From IMG/VR virus record IMGVR_UViG_3300011008_000009, positions 1 through 64,000 of that record: a stretch of DNA of 64,000 nucleotides; one strand, given 5' to 3'. This stretch comes from a virus. The notes beneath the pieces were generated by a model that saw only the letters and a list, made by a program, of their open reading frames with translations, was not told the origin of the DNA and did no database searches. Below are positions 37,922-48,423 of the stretch, in pieces (within the stretch, counting starts at the first letter, position 1; each line of letters starts with the position of its first letter). The position numbers and the translations under genes were made by a program.

Positions 37922-38915
37922 CTTGGTACCTCACTGATAATGTGTAAGTTAATAACTGATAAAGCTCCGGGTCTTTAGCCTTTATTTTTACCATTAATTC
38001 ATATTTGTGTTTGTTATTAAAGTATGTATGAAATATGTCGGCATCTTCCTTTAGTGTATAATTGCTGCCGTACCACTTCTTACCACAATCAAAAAGAAAT
38101 TTATAAGTTACATTATTTATCGGAGCGACTTTTAAGTTAGGCTTCGGGTTCATAAATTTTCCCTTTTGCGCCATTCTCAAAAATTTCTTTAGCTCTAAAT
38201 TGTAGTTTTCTACCGAGCATTCTCCAAAAATAAAAGAAAATTTTTGTCTTTGTGCGGCAGGAAAATCCAATATTTTACTTATATCTTTTTCAATACAGTT
38301 TTTAACTATAAAGTTGATATTACCTATCGCACGACTATAAACCTTAGCATCAACCCAGCGTTTGGCTTGGGTGTAACTGTGAATAGTAACAGGATAATAA
38401 AAGGATATTTTTTTATTTAGCTTAATTATTTCTTCATAATCGCTATCTGTGATATCTGTATCGTAAAAAGTAATTTCTTGGTTAGCCGAGCTAATAAAGC
38501 GCTTGTTGCTGCTTTCGTGTAGGCGAATGAAATCAGACTTAATTAATTTATTTCTTAAGTAGCTATATCTACTGTCGGATAATAGTTTCCTTACTATCGG
38601 CGCATCATAGATAGTTGTATCAGGATAGATTGCTCGAATTTCTTTTGGAACGGCGCAATACTTATTATAAAAATAACTACCTATCAAAGTTACTTTTTCG
38701 CTCTTAATTAAGTGATCTATATAAATTTGCTTTTCGCCATTATAGATTACATATAGCATACTATACCATTCGATATCTTCTTTTTTCTCTGAGGGACAAA
38801 GTTTAACTTTATCCCCCATTTGTTTATGATATCCAGAGATTTGCATAACATCTAAATTAGCTTCGTAGCTTTGCGGTGTATATAACAAATCTAAGTCTAT
38901 AATTCCAACTACCAT
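37884..38915 (-). CDS. Hypothetical protein (343 aa)
   Basis: TAATG overlap with the polymerase stop. No motif recognised. Confidence 0.55.
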   Translation of the reverse strand: MVVGIIDLDLLYTPQSYEANLDVMQISGYHKQMGDKVKLCPSEKKEDIEWYSMLYVIYNGEKQIYIDHLIKSEKVTLIGSYFYNKYCAVPKEIRAIYPDTTIYDAPIVRKLLSDSRYSYLRNKLIKSDFIRLHESSNKRFISSANQEITFYDTDITDSDYEEIIKLNKKISFYYPVTIHSYTQAKRWVDAKVYSRAIGNINFIVKNCIEKDISKILDFPAAQRQKFSFIFGECSVENYNLELKKFLRMAQKGKFMNPKPNLKVAPINNVTYKFLFDCGKKWYGSNYTLKEDADIFHTYFNNKHKYELMVKIKAKDPELYQLLTYTLSVRYQDEQARKHYNRVD

Positions 38916-40428
38916 TAGGCTTCTGCACGCTCCGTTACTGTAGTTAATAAACCTTTATCATCTATATTTGTTATCAATTCAACTAGATGATAAGGAGTAC
39001 TTTTATATTTCTTAGGTATGAAGTTATTCTCTCTTCTAATACCCGTGAATATAATTTTATTTCCTCGACTAAACCAAGACTTTTCAATAACCTTTTTATG
39101 CCCGTCCGTACTCATAACGCTAATCTGCTTATCAAAGATACTAAACTGATTAGCATATATCTTAACATCTACAACTCCTGTAGTTGTTAAAATAGTGACT
39201 GTGTTCTTATTTTTATTCTTATCAATTACAGTTCCTGCTATTCTTGTAATTCGATAAATCGGAATATCTCTTCCCTTTATGGGTATGGTGTTTACTACTT
39301 CAGCGGTCTCCGGCATAGATTTGAAATCTTCCAGTTCATAAATTATCTTAGGTACTTTCTTAAGTTCGTGATCGTGGAAGTAGAAGTTTACACTATCCAT
39401 TTCCCATTTACTAATATTGCCCAAAGCATATTTGTTCCAGAAGTCGTCAAACAGCTCCTTATTGAGACCAATTAACAAATCATTCAAATGACTTTTAATA
39501 TAATCACTCAAAGGCTGCATTAACTTTTTATACATCTTATCCCACATAGCGCTAGGAATATATCCTATGGGTTCATCATTTTCATACTCTATGCTAACAT
39601 TTTCAGTATCAAAATTACTTTCGTAAAAACTAAAGCAATATAGGTCAAGATAATATTTATCTGTTAATCCCTTATCCTTGCTTATCTTTTTGATAAACTT
39701 GTTAAAGTTAAATACTTTTACATTAAAAGAAAGTTCTTCGGGGAACAATTTCTTTTCTATAAGTTTCTGCGCATTTCTCATATTGAGAGTAGTTTTCGCG
39801 CCACATATGGAAAGAATATAATCTTTCATTATTTCCGTTCTTTCGCCAAAGCTATCAAAAGCTCCACTTTTAATTAAGTTTACCATTTGCGGCTTATTGA
39901 CTTTTACCTTACACAAAAAGTCATTAATAGAGTTATAAGGTCTATTTCTTATGATATCTTTTGCAAGGTCTTTGCCTATCTTTAATATTCCTTTAATTCC
40001 ATAGTATATCTTATTTTCTGATTCTACTGGAGTAAAGGTAAAACTAGACTTATTAATATCTGGTAAAGCTATTGTTATTCCAGCGGACTGCATACTTCCG
40101 ATTGCTGTAGCAATCTTTCCGTAGTCAATTTTATTCGGTTTCTTTTTCTTGACCACGGTGCCATTCTCTTGTGGATTATCTTCTTCAGTATCCAGGAGTT
40201 CGTCCTCCTCTTCCTGTAGTTCTTCAGAGCAAAATACAGATTCAGTTGAACTCTCTGATTCGTTGTCTTGAGAATCATTTTCTTCATTTTCTTCTTCTCC
40301 GTCCGCAGCGCCACTATTAACTATTAAGTTTGCTGTGTTCCAATAAATTACTGGATACTTACAAGCAAGTTCCATTTCTTGAAGTCCGACAATTGAGTAG
40401 GCAAGGGTATGTGACTGATTGAAGCCAT
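38915..40428 (-). CDS. dnaE: DNA polymerase III alpha (DnaE-type), exon 3 of 3
   Basis: The frame is open upstream of the track ATG and reads (Y)GFNQSHTLAYSIVGLQEMELACKYP, equivalent to the YGFNKSH..AY motif. The C-terminal part looks OB-fold-like. Confidence 0.8.
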
Positions 40429-41652
40429 CAAGGTAGATGTTATTTTCATAACTGACTACTACCTTAGACTATATCTTCATCGTTTTTAGAGTCAAATAGC
40501 GGCTCTACCAACCGATATTTTCGACTAAGACAGATTTTACAATCTTTATACAAAATGTTAGCTAAACATTTTGCAGTTTTTTGTTTTGTAGTTTGACAAA
40601 CATATCCATTATTTTTCTTATCTTTTACATTTATTTTATTAGTAAACGAGGCTTCTATAGGAAGAAAAGAATTGCAAAAAGTTTTAAAATCCTCACAAGT
40701 GGATTGATAATTTGAAACAAAACCTATGTGATAATAATTATTTTTATCTATAGAAATCCAGCCGTCTCCATCTATCAAACCTCTTATAAAATGAGGTCGC
40801 ACAGCTAACGATAACTCTGGTAAATGTTTTGTTTTATGTGTTTTATCTGGCACTATACCATATTTAGCCAAACTATTACATAAATGTTCGCTTATCATTC
40901 GGATAGAACAAACTTCTGTATTACCTCTATTTCGATAAGAAATTTTACTATTAAGATTTAATTCCTTTTTAAATCTCTCTAATAATTCTCTGTCTTTAGC
41001 TTGTATTTCTATAGTTAATTGATGGTTATAAACGTTTCCATCTGCAAAAACAAATCCTAAAAAATAAGCCTTTTCTTCTGTATCAATATTATCAAAAAAT
41101 TCATCATTCTGTTCTTTATTGAGCTTAGGTTTATTAATTATTTTTATATTATTTTTAACTAAAACCTTATGGATTGTTTCGGTACAACAATTATATTTTC
41201 GAGCTATTTCGTTTTGAAACAAATCTGTAGTTGTATATAATTTAATTATTTCTTCTTCATCTTTTTTATTTAATATTCTAGGACTTTTTTTACTACGAAT
41301 TTCAATATTATTATCTTTTAATATTTTACTTATAGAATTTGCTCTGCAATGTAAAATTTGTGTAGCTATATATGAAATTGAAAATTCATCTTCGGTATAT
41401 AATTTTATGATATTTTTAATATCATTTTCTGTCCATTCTCTTCTTTTCGGCATTTTATCACCTCCTTTTAATTTAATGGTAGATAAACGATGCGTGGCAC
41501 TTGGGATTTCTCCTACTCTATACTAGATAGTCGTTGAACCTTCCGTTAGCTAAACGGCTTGGCTGCTGATAAGCATATCATATAGACTTAGCTTTCCAGC
41601 AATTCACCACGTTATTCAAATAATCTTACGATTATAGGGAGCAATTTTATTT
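40429..41652 (-). mobile_element. Intron (group I-like) carrying a LAGLIDADG endonuclease gene
   Basis: Interrupts the GYGFNxSH codons. The exon ends in U (GGGT|) and the intron ends in G (CCTTG|). Has the CGACTATC..AGTAGG core and a GTCAG+23 nt 3' tail like the other three introns. P1 pairing is weak, so the class and exact ends are less certain. Confidence 0.6.
40464..41453 (-). CDS. LAGLIDADG homing endonuclease
   Basis: Two motifs, YFLGFVFADGNV and FIRGLIDGDGWI. N-terminal HTH-like repeats. Strong SD (AAAGGAGGTG). Confidence 0.85.
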   Translation of the reverse strand: MPKRREWTENDIKNIIKLYTEDEFSISYIATQILHCRANSISKILKDNNIEIRSKKSPRILNKKDEEEIIKLYTTTDLFQNEIARKYNCCTETIHKVLVKNNIKIINKPKLNKEQNDEFFDNIDTEEKAYFLGFVFADGNVYNHQLTIEIQAKDRELLERFKKELNLNSKISYRNRGNTEVCSIRMISEHLCNSLAKYGIVPDKTHKTKHLPELSLAVRPHFIRGLIDGDGWISIDKNNYYHIGFVSNYQSTCEDFKTFCNSFLPIEASFTNKINVKDKKNNGYVCQTTKQKTAKCLANILYKDCKICLSRKYRLVEPLFDSKNDEDIV

Positions 41653-42319
41653 ACCCACGGCTCATAGCTATCAGCACGTTCCAAACGTACTTACACAATT
41701 TCTCATTACAATTCTTTTGCTTGGTTACTTCAAAAAATTCTTTAGTTAATGCATCATATTCTTTAGGATTTTTCTTGGCAATAGACTTTCTTAACTTATC
41801 TGCCCAGCTTAACGAAAAGCCGCCGAGTTCGGGTAACTGAACCAACTGCATAAATTGTTCCTGCGCAATACACAATCCATAAGATATTCCAACTATAGGT
41901 TTAAGGATTTCTTTCTCCTTCTCTCCTAAGCCGTATTGCTTCAATTCTTTATCCCATTCCATTTCATTAACTTTAAATCTCGCTAGCTTATTTAATGGCA
42001 TTTCCGCGCCCTTTTCGGGAGCCATAAGTCTTAATGCAGAGTTAAGAATTGCCAAGTCATCGACTGAGGTCGGCTTCATTAAGGCGATACCCTTAATTCC
42101 ACTATCTTTTTCCATTTGAAAGAAAGACCATATTTCGTGGTTCCAAAGTCTTTGCCAACTATTTATATTATCTCTTTCTATTTTATAAACGCCGACTATA
42201 CTTTCATATGTTTCTCTAAGAGAACCTTTATTTTCTACTCTGCCCGCTTCAAGAAGCAAATCAATACAAACTCTCATTTTATCAAGAGCTTCGATTGAGA
42301 GTAGATCCCACTTGATCAG
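41653..42319 (-). CDS. dnaE: DNA polymerase III alpha (DnaE-type), exon 2 of 3
   Basis: The open frame upstream of the track ATG reads LIKWDLLSIEALDK, equivalent to GLLKxDxLGL..L. It ends ...LIAMSRG plus the T of a split Tyr codon. Confidence 0.75.
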
Positions 42320-43547
42320 CGGTTTGTCATATATTTCTATATGTCCTGACTATCTTTTACCTTATAGGAACTCCGTTTCGAACTACGTATCAATAGTAGC
42401 CCTACTCCCAGTCTCACCCGGGATAGTCGATACACACATATTTTAGAGTAAATTTTTCCAAGTTGTGCCATTTATGACAGCCCTTATAGAAGTGGGTGTC
42501 ACTTGAGGGTAGGCTTTATAAATTTCAGAATTAGAAATGCCTTCTTTGTGCATTTCTCTTATTTTTAATACATCTTGAGTAGTTAATTTCGCTCGACCGT
42601 TATATTGTCCAGCTCTACGAAGACTAGAATGAATTTTTCTGTTTTCTTCTGTAAAAACTTCTGGCATTACTAGTTTATATCTATTACCATAATAAACATT
42701 CCAAAATGTCATTTCGTCTTTGTATGCCCATTTATAATCTTCGTAAACATCCTTCCAATACTCACCTTTTGCATATCTTTCTCTTAATTTTACCACGTCA
42801 TCATATTCGAGAGGACCGTTAGTGAATTGACCAGCAAACTCTCTATTAAAAGGATATTCTTCAGTGGTAGTTGTGAGATTTTTGTAAGTTATATGATGAT
42901 ATATTTTTCTAAAAGTTTCATATTTAATTTTTTCAGAAAATTGTTCATATAACAAGCAAATAGGAATATTTCGATGGTCTAAGATGTATTGTGCTTCTTC
43001 TTCTGTTAGATTAGCATTATTATTATCAGCTCCAGCTTTACCTTTATAAGTAGGAAAATATTTTCCACCAGGGTCAACATTATATCCATTAGGGACTAAG
43101 CTGTTAAACTCTTTAATATATTGTTCTTCTAGCACAATTGCTTCTTCAATTGAAAGGTTTCTATGTAGCACCTTAAATTCAAAGTTATCCTTTCCATATT
43201 TATGGATAGCTTCTTGAATTACTTGTCGATGTTTAAGGTCTTTAGGATAACTTTTTTCGTTTCCCCATTTTTTTTCTACATTGTTAGTAATACCAATGTA
43301 TATTTTTTGATTAATTAAATTTGTTATTTTATATACATACATATTAACACCTCGCACTTTATTACCCTCATAATAAAGTGGGATTTATGTAACGTCTACT
43401 CTAAAATTTTGGCGCGGGATTACCATATCACTGGGATTATGACTTAGGCTTCCCCGCCGCTATATAGGTACTGTTTACTTACGCTTTCGCTGCCTATATA
43501 ACGCTGCCGATAAGCAGTTAGAAGTTTACGAGCCTAACATTTCGTCA
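42320..43547 (-). mobile_element. Group I intron carrying a GIY-YIG endonuclease gene
   Basis: Exon ends AGT|. Guide-like GCTCGT can pair with GTGAGT. P2-like CTGCTTATCGGCAG. 3' core TATCGACTATCCCGGG...ATTGATACG..GAAACGG is homologous to the two topoisomerase introns. The intron ends in G. Confidence 0.75.
42443..43342 (-). CDS. GIY-YIG homing endonuclease
   Basis: MYVYKITNLINQKIYIGITNN...E..YI..F....PNGYN. C-terminal repeated (T/S)xE(D/E)(V/A)..IR helices. Start moved to ATG 43342 behind GAGGTG. Confidence 0.85.
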   Translation of the reverse strand: MYVYKITNLINQKIYIGITNNVEKKWGNEKSYPKDLKHRQVIQEAIHKYGKDNFEFKVLHRNLSIEEAIVLEEQYIKEFNSLVPNGYNVDPGGKYFPTYKGKAGADNNNANLTEEEAQYILDHRNIPICLLYEQFSEKIKYETFRKIYHHITYKNLTTTTEEYPFNREFAGQFTNGPLEYDDVVKLRERYAKGEYWKDVYEDYKWAYKDEMTFWNVYYGNRYKLVMPEVFTEENRKIHSSLRRAGQYNGRAKLTTQDVLKIREMHKEGISNSEIYKAYPQVTPTSIRAVINGTTWKNLL

Positions 43548-45482
43548 ACTCACATCTTCGCACTGGTGTAGATCGAACTGAGTAATAATATCTCCACTTC
43601 TTGTTCTCATAAGTGCAGAATACTCACTAAACGGCTCTTCTACCAATATTACTCCACCTGCATGAGAGCCTACTCCATTAACTAATCCTTCAATTCGCTG
43701 AGCAACTTCCCATACTTTAGGATAATCTTCTGTCATAAGTTTAACAAAAGTTCTGTCGGGTTCTATACCATTTTCTTCATCACCATAAAAGGTCTGACTA
43801 AGAGTTCTGGCAATACCACGTTCAGCTTTTATAAAAGAAGCCAAGTAACTAGCTTCATCTATATCAATTCCTAATCCTCTGCAAGCTGTAAGTATTGCAC
43901 TCTTACTAGCCTCGGTTTTAAGAGTTTGAACTTTACTAATACGGATATCGTTCCAATCCTCTGTATCGTCAGAACTTTTGCGAGAAGCATTATACTTTTC
44001 GCCTAATGCCTTCAACACCGACTGGCGCTTATTTCCTTGAATATCTATATCAATATCCAATACAGATGCACGCTCAGGGTTCAAAAATCTCCAGGGGAAT
44101 GTTGATGTTCTTTCTCTTAACGGGTTAATCTGCGTGATGTCAAGCAAGTAAAGAAGAACAAAACCTACACCAGAACCTCTTCCCGCGCCAACCAGTGTGT
44201 CACCCTCATTCCAAGCTATTTTTACTAATTCACTCGTCTGAAGAAGATAACCTGACCACCGAGTGTTCATCTTTTCCGAAGATACCCACAACGAATTAAG
44301 ACATACATCAATTGCTTTATACATCTCTTCGTTCGCGCGCTCAATCGGGTCTTTCTCAATTGCTTCAACTATTCTACGAGCAAGGTGTCTATCACTATCG
44401 TACTGCGATGTGGCAAACTGCTTTAATAGCTTTATATCGCTGTACTTATCTATAAGTTCCATATCAGGCTCTCTCGTGTCTGACGGAACATAAGGTATGT
44501 GCAAAGGCTTTGTTAAATCATAGTTTTCACACATATCATATATAATTTTTGTGTTTGCAAGTCCACGACTTACCGCTTCGGCGCCGATATTGCTATCCAT
44601 ATATTCGTGAATTTCTTCTGTACTCATAAGATAAGTACTCGCGTAGAAATCCATTACTTCTCTTTCGCCGTCTTGCGATTTGAGAAATGCTTCGTGTATG
44701 GGGCGCTCTTCCTTTTTAAGATAATGTGAGTCGGTAGTTATTATATAAGGTATATACATCTTAAATGTACCTAAGTGTACTAACACCTTATTAACAAACT
44801 GCTGTTCTTCACTTGTCTTTGACGGTTGAAGCTCTAAAAAGAAATTTTCCTTTCCGAATATGGACTGAATATTTTCTATCCAAGAATACAATTCATTCCA
44901 AAATTCACCGCTCCACTCTGGGTCATTTGTTATTTCTGCTCTATGTTTTAATATCCAGCCGTCTATCCACGAGCCAAGACAAGCACTCGAAGCGATTACG
45001 TGACCAGGGTTCGCACCGATTATTTCTTTTAAGTCACTATAATAAGTTGGAACTCTTGTCATTCGTGCCGTTTCAAAACTATTGTTCCAAGCACGAGTTG
45101 ATAACTGACGCAACTGCTTATTTCCTATTTCATCTTTAGCTAATAGAATAAAGTGATAATACTTATCTTCGCCCTTGATGAAGTTCTCTTTACATAGTCC
45201 GTTACGACATAAATAAATTTCGTTTCCAAGTATCAGCTTAAAATTCTTAATACGTTCTTTTTCTTCACCTGTCGCGGCGTTCTTTAGTCTTTTCTGATAA
45301 TGTTTCTGCGCCATTAGGAAACCGCCAATAGTCTCGTGGTCTGTAATGGCTACTCCGTTATGTCCAAGTTCAATTGCATAATCTATAAGATTATCAACCT
45401 TATTAATACAATCCCTTAGACGATAATTACTGTGCTCGGTATGATTATGACAATCTACGAAAAATTCGGGTGTCAATATCAT
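43548..45482 (-). CDS. dnaE: DNA polymerase III alpha (DnaE-type), exon 1 of 3 (PHP and palm)
   Basis: PHP motif DCHNHTEHSNYRLRDC, ITDHETIGG, and DIDIDI in the palm. Ends ...ITQFDLHQCEDVS immediately before an in-frame TGA. Confidence 0.85.
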
Positions 45483-45506
45483 CGCCTCCTTTTTCCTTAT
45501 ATTAAT

Positions 45507-45535
45507 ATTATATCATATTTTTTAAAAAAAGTCAA
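45507..45535 (-). promoter_or_regulatory. sigmaA-type promoter of the polymerase gene
   Basis: TTGACT 45535-45530, 17 nt, TGaTATAAT (45512-45507). AAGGAGG precedes ATG 45482. Confidence 0.8.
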
Positions 45536-45557
45536 GAGTAGACTTATAGCCTACTCT
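45535..45557 (-). terminator. Hairpin after the recJ-like gene, overlapping the next promoter
   Basis: AGAGTAG / CTACTCT stem directly after the stop. T-run a few nt downstream. Confidence 0.5.
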
Positions 45558-47320
45558 TAGAAATCAAATATTGTACCACCAATTTCGTAGTCTTTTATTA
45601 TAACTTGTGGACTTGTTGTTCCATTCCATTCGTTAATTGCTCCTTCCCCTATGATAGTAATAATAAACTCGTCTCCTGCTTGTCTTAGCTTTTCAATGTC
45701 TTGAGATGCAAAGAACTTAATATAAGTAATACCATTTACTTTAAAACGGAGTGTATCTGAACGGGCGCCGCACACTTGAATATCACTTTGGTTGAGAGAT
45801 AGACCAGTGACGGCTATTAAAGGTGCGTCATTTTTCTGACCCCAAATTCGGTCATCTTTATATACATCAAATATAAAATCACTAATAGTTTCATCTGTAC
45901 TAGGAGCAGCATATTCTACCTCATAGAAATTATCTGAAAAATTAACATCTTTTAGTTTTTCATTTGCATAGTTAAGGAACTTACCAACATTTTTATCGGG
46001 AATACTTACGCCAAAAGCATTTTCGTGACCTTGTGCATATTCAAAGTAGCCACTTTCAATTAAGAAAGAACGTAAATTTTTAAATTCTCCCTTTCCGTCA
46101 TTGCGCGCACTACCACGAAGAAAGCCTTCGTCGTTCTTTCTAACTATCAGCACTGGCTTTTTGTACTTATCAGCCAGCTTCATAGCAACTAAGCCGTTTA
46201 AGGTAGTGGGAAAACTAAAAGTATCATCTAATATTGCAATAATTACAGTATTATCTATTTCTCCCGTACCTTGCAAAAACATATCAATACTATCCATAGC
46301 TCTGGTAACGGAAGTATCTTGTCTATTTTTCGCGTTAGTTCCTTCACGCGCCATTTGATCTGCTAAACGTTCTGTTTCACCTTTTGCTCCACGCTTGGTG
46401 CTAGGAACTACTTTATCGCCGTCTATAAAGGCTCCAAACATTCTCTCTTTTTCATTTGGAGTTCCAACTCTAACGATAGAGTTTATTAATGGAGCAATAA
46501 AGAAACTTACTCCAGTGGGAGAGATGTTATTAGAACGTTTTAGGGAAAAGGATTGTTTACTAACGATAGCTTTTAGAAAGGCATTGTAGATAATATGCAA
46601 TCCATAATAAGAGAAAGCTCTATTCTCAATCTCTCTCATATCCATACAGTCGCCTATAATACCGACCGCCGCCAAATCCATAAGTGTATTGACTATGGGT
46701 GGATTGAAGTCTTCAGATGCCCAATCTGTAATCATTTCCTCATAATACTTACAGAACTGCCAGGTAACCCCTGCTCCAGAAAGAGCCTTATTGGTATAAT
46801 TCTTAGACAACTGATTATTAATGATAACAGTATGCTCGTTATTGAAATAGTAATCTTCATCTATATCATCAACCAAGTGGTGGTCGAGTATTAATATATC
46901 GGCGCCGGCATCGTTGAGAGCCTTTTGCTGCTCAAAATCATTGCTACCAGCATCGGGTACGATAATCAATCCATAATTTTTATTTATTAAGTTATCTATT
47001 TGATCCTCTAAGCCGTGTTGCTTGCCTTCGTGAATATAATAATCTATATCAATTTCATAATAGCTTTTTAAAAAATTATATATAATGGCGGCGCTAGTAT
47101 AGCCATCGCAGTCACAATCTACAATAAGAGCAATCTTAGAATGATTATGAATGTGTTTTTCTAATAGCTTATATCCTCTCTCAATATTATCTAAATTAAG
47201 AGGTGGCTCGATGTCGCTCATTAAAGGGTTGGCATATCTTTCGGGGTCTTCAATTCCCCTTTCTTTTAGTATTGTATTTAAATAATCTTGCTTAATTAAC
47301 GATTTGACCTTATATTGCAT
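45557..47320 (-). CDS. DHH-family phosphoesterase, RecJ-like ssDNA exonuclease
   Basis: VDCDCDGYTSAAI, IVPDAGSND and ILILDHH (DHH). DHHA1-like GHENAFG. Confidence 0.75.
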   Translation of the reverse strand: MQYKVKSLIKQDYLNTILKERGIEDPERYANPLMSDIEPPLNLDNIERGYKLLEKHIHNHSKIALIVDCDCDGYTSAAIIYNFLKSYYEIDIDYYIHEGKQHGLEDQIDNLINKNYGLIIVPDAGSNDFEQQKALNDAGADILILDHHLVDDIDEDYYFNNEHTVIINNQLSKNYTNKALSGAGVTWQFCKYYEEMITDWASEDFNPPIVNTLMDLAAVGIIGDCMDMREIENRAFSYYGLHIIYNAFLKAIVSKQSFSLKRSNNISPTGVSFFIAPLINSIVRVGTPNEKERMFGAFIDGDKVVPSTKRGAKGETERLADQMAREGTNAKNRQDTSVTRAMDSIDMFLQGTGEIDNTVIIAILDDTFSFPTTLNGLVAMKLADKYKKPVLIVRKNDEGFLRGSARNDGKGEFKNLRSFLIESGYFEYAQGHENAFGVSIPDKNVGKFLNYANEKLKDVNFSDNFYEVEYAAPSTDETISDFIFDVYKDDRIWGQKNDAPLIAVTGLSLNQSDIQVCGARSDTLRFKVNGITYIKFFASQDIEKLRQAGDEFIITIIGEGAINEWNGTTSPQVIIKDYEIGGTIFDF

Positions 47321-47337
47321 TTAATCTCTCCTATAAT

Positions 47338-48423
47338 TTATATTCTAACTCTCTTTGAAAGTAAGTATTCAAAAACGTCTTGACCTTTATCTATTGGAGA
47401 GTCTTTGTCTGATAATAACCCTTCTCTATCAAAGATAAAACTAAAATTACAATAGTGCTTATACTTATCACACATATTGTATAGTTTATTAAAATACAAC
47501 TCATTATCTTTAGTGGTTATATTTTCCTTATCATAAGCTATTATTATTTCTGATACATTTTTATTTAATAGTAACTTTAATTGTGCCTTATGAAAATTAC
47601 TTCCACAAGATGCTACTGCTATATTTTGTGGATAATATTTATCCATTAACAACACACTTTTTTCTCCCTCAAAGACAATGGCGCAATGTCTTTTATTAAT
47701 ATTGTTTTTATTAATATTAAGTCCATATAGATTGAGGGATAGTGGATGTGCATAAGTAATTCCTTGAATAGTTACTGGACGATACTTGCCTTTTTCTATA
47801 TCCTCTGGATTTAGGGCGCGACCTCTAATTCCTATTAATTCATTGTTTTCATCATAATGAGGAATGATAATTTTATTTTGAGAAATGGAATATAAAATAT
47901 TAAATTTATCCATACTTTCTGGCGTGATACCTTCGTTCAACCATTCGTATGTGTAATATTTAATAAATGGAGAAAGAGCAGCGTCAGGGAAGGTTTTCAG
48001 TTTTAAAGGTTCTTTCTTCTTAAACTTTTCTGATAAAGGAACATATCCCAGTTCATCAAAACTACTTCCTTTTATTAAAGGCTTTTTAGCTAACAGAGTT
48101 TTAATAGTTTCTTTATACTGTTGCTGAGACATCTGTCTTGTATCACAATATCTTTTTATCAGTCCAAATATATCAAAACTCTCGCCGCAGTCTGTATAAC
48201 AATGAAATAGTTTATTTGATTTGTAGTAGTATAATTTTAAGCTAGCCGTTTCAACATCTGCATTATGACAAATGGTCGGGAAAATTAAATAGTCATTTTT
48301 GTTTTCATAGTTATTGACGCCAAGTGTTTGTAAGAAACTTATTACATCTTCTTCCGTTAAACTATTCTTAAAGTTTTCAAAGAAAATACGTCTTTCTTCA
48401 TTAATCAAAATAACACACTCCAA
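47338..48423 (-). CDS. dnaG: DNA primase (CHC2 zinc finger plus Toprim)
   Basis: CHNADVETASLKLY....LFHCYTDCGESFDIF and Toprim AIVFEGEKS. Non-ATG start, TTG at 48423 or 48408. Confidence 0.75.
   Translation of the reverse strand: MECVILINEERRIFFENFKNSLTEEDVISFLQTLGVNNYENKNDYLIFPTICHNADVETASLKLYYYKSNKLFHCYTDCGESFDIFGLIKRYCDTRQMSQQQYKETIKTLLAKKPLIKGSSFDELGYVPLSEKFKKKEPLKLKTFPDAALSPFIKYYTYEWLNEGITPESMDKFNILYSISQNKIIIPHYDENNELIGIRGRALNPEDIEKGKYRPVTIQGITYAHPLSLNLYGLNINKNNINKRHCAIVFEGEKSVLLMDKYYPQNIAVASCGSNFHKAQLKLLLNKNVSEIIIAYDKENITTKDNELYFNKLYNMCDKYKHYCNFSFIFDREGLLSDKDSPIDKGQDVFEYLLSKRVRI

Noticed and set aside
40429-43547. Inteins as the explanation for the interrupted polymerase (and likewise the topoisomerase B gene)
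   Set aside because: The host frames hit stop codons at or immediately after each junction. The endonuclease ORFs lie in other frames with their own SD sequences. The boundaries follow the U|...G| group I rule, with guide-sequence pairing. Inteins would require one continuous ORF.
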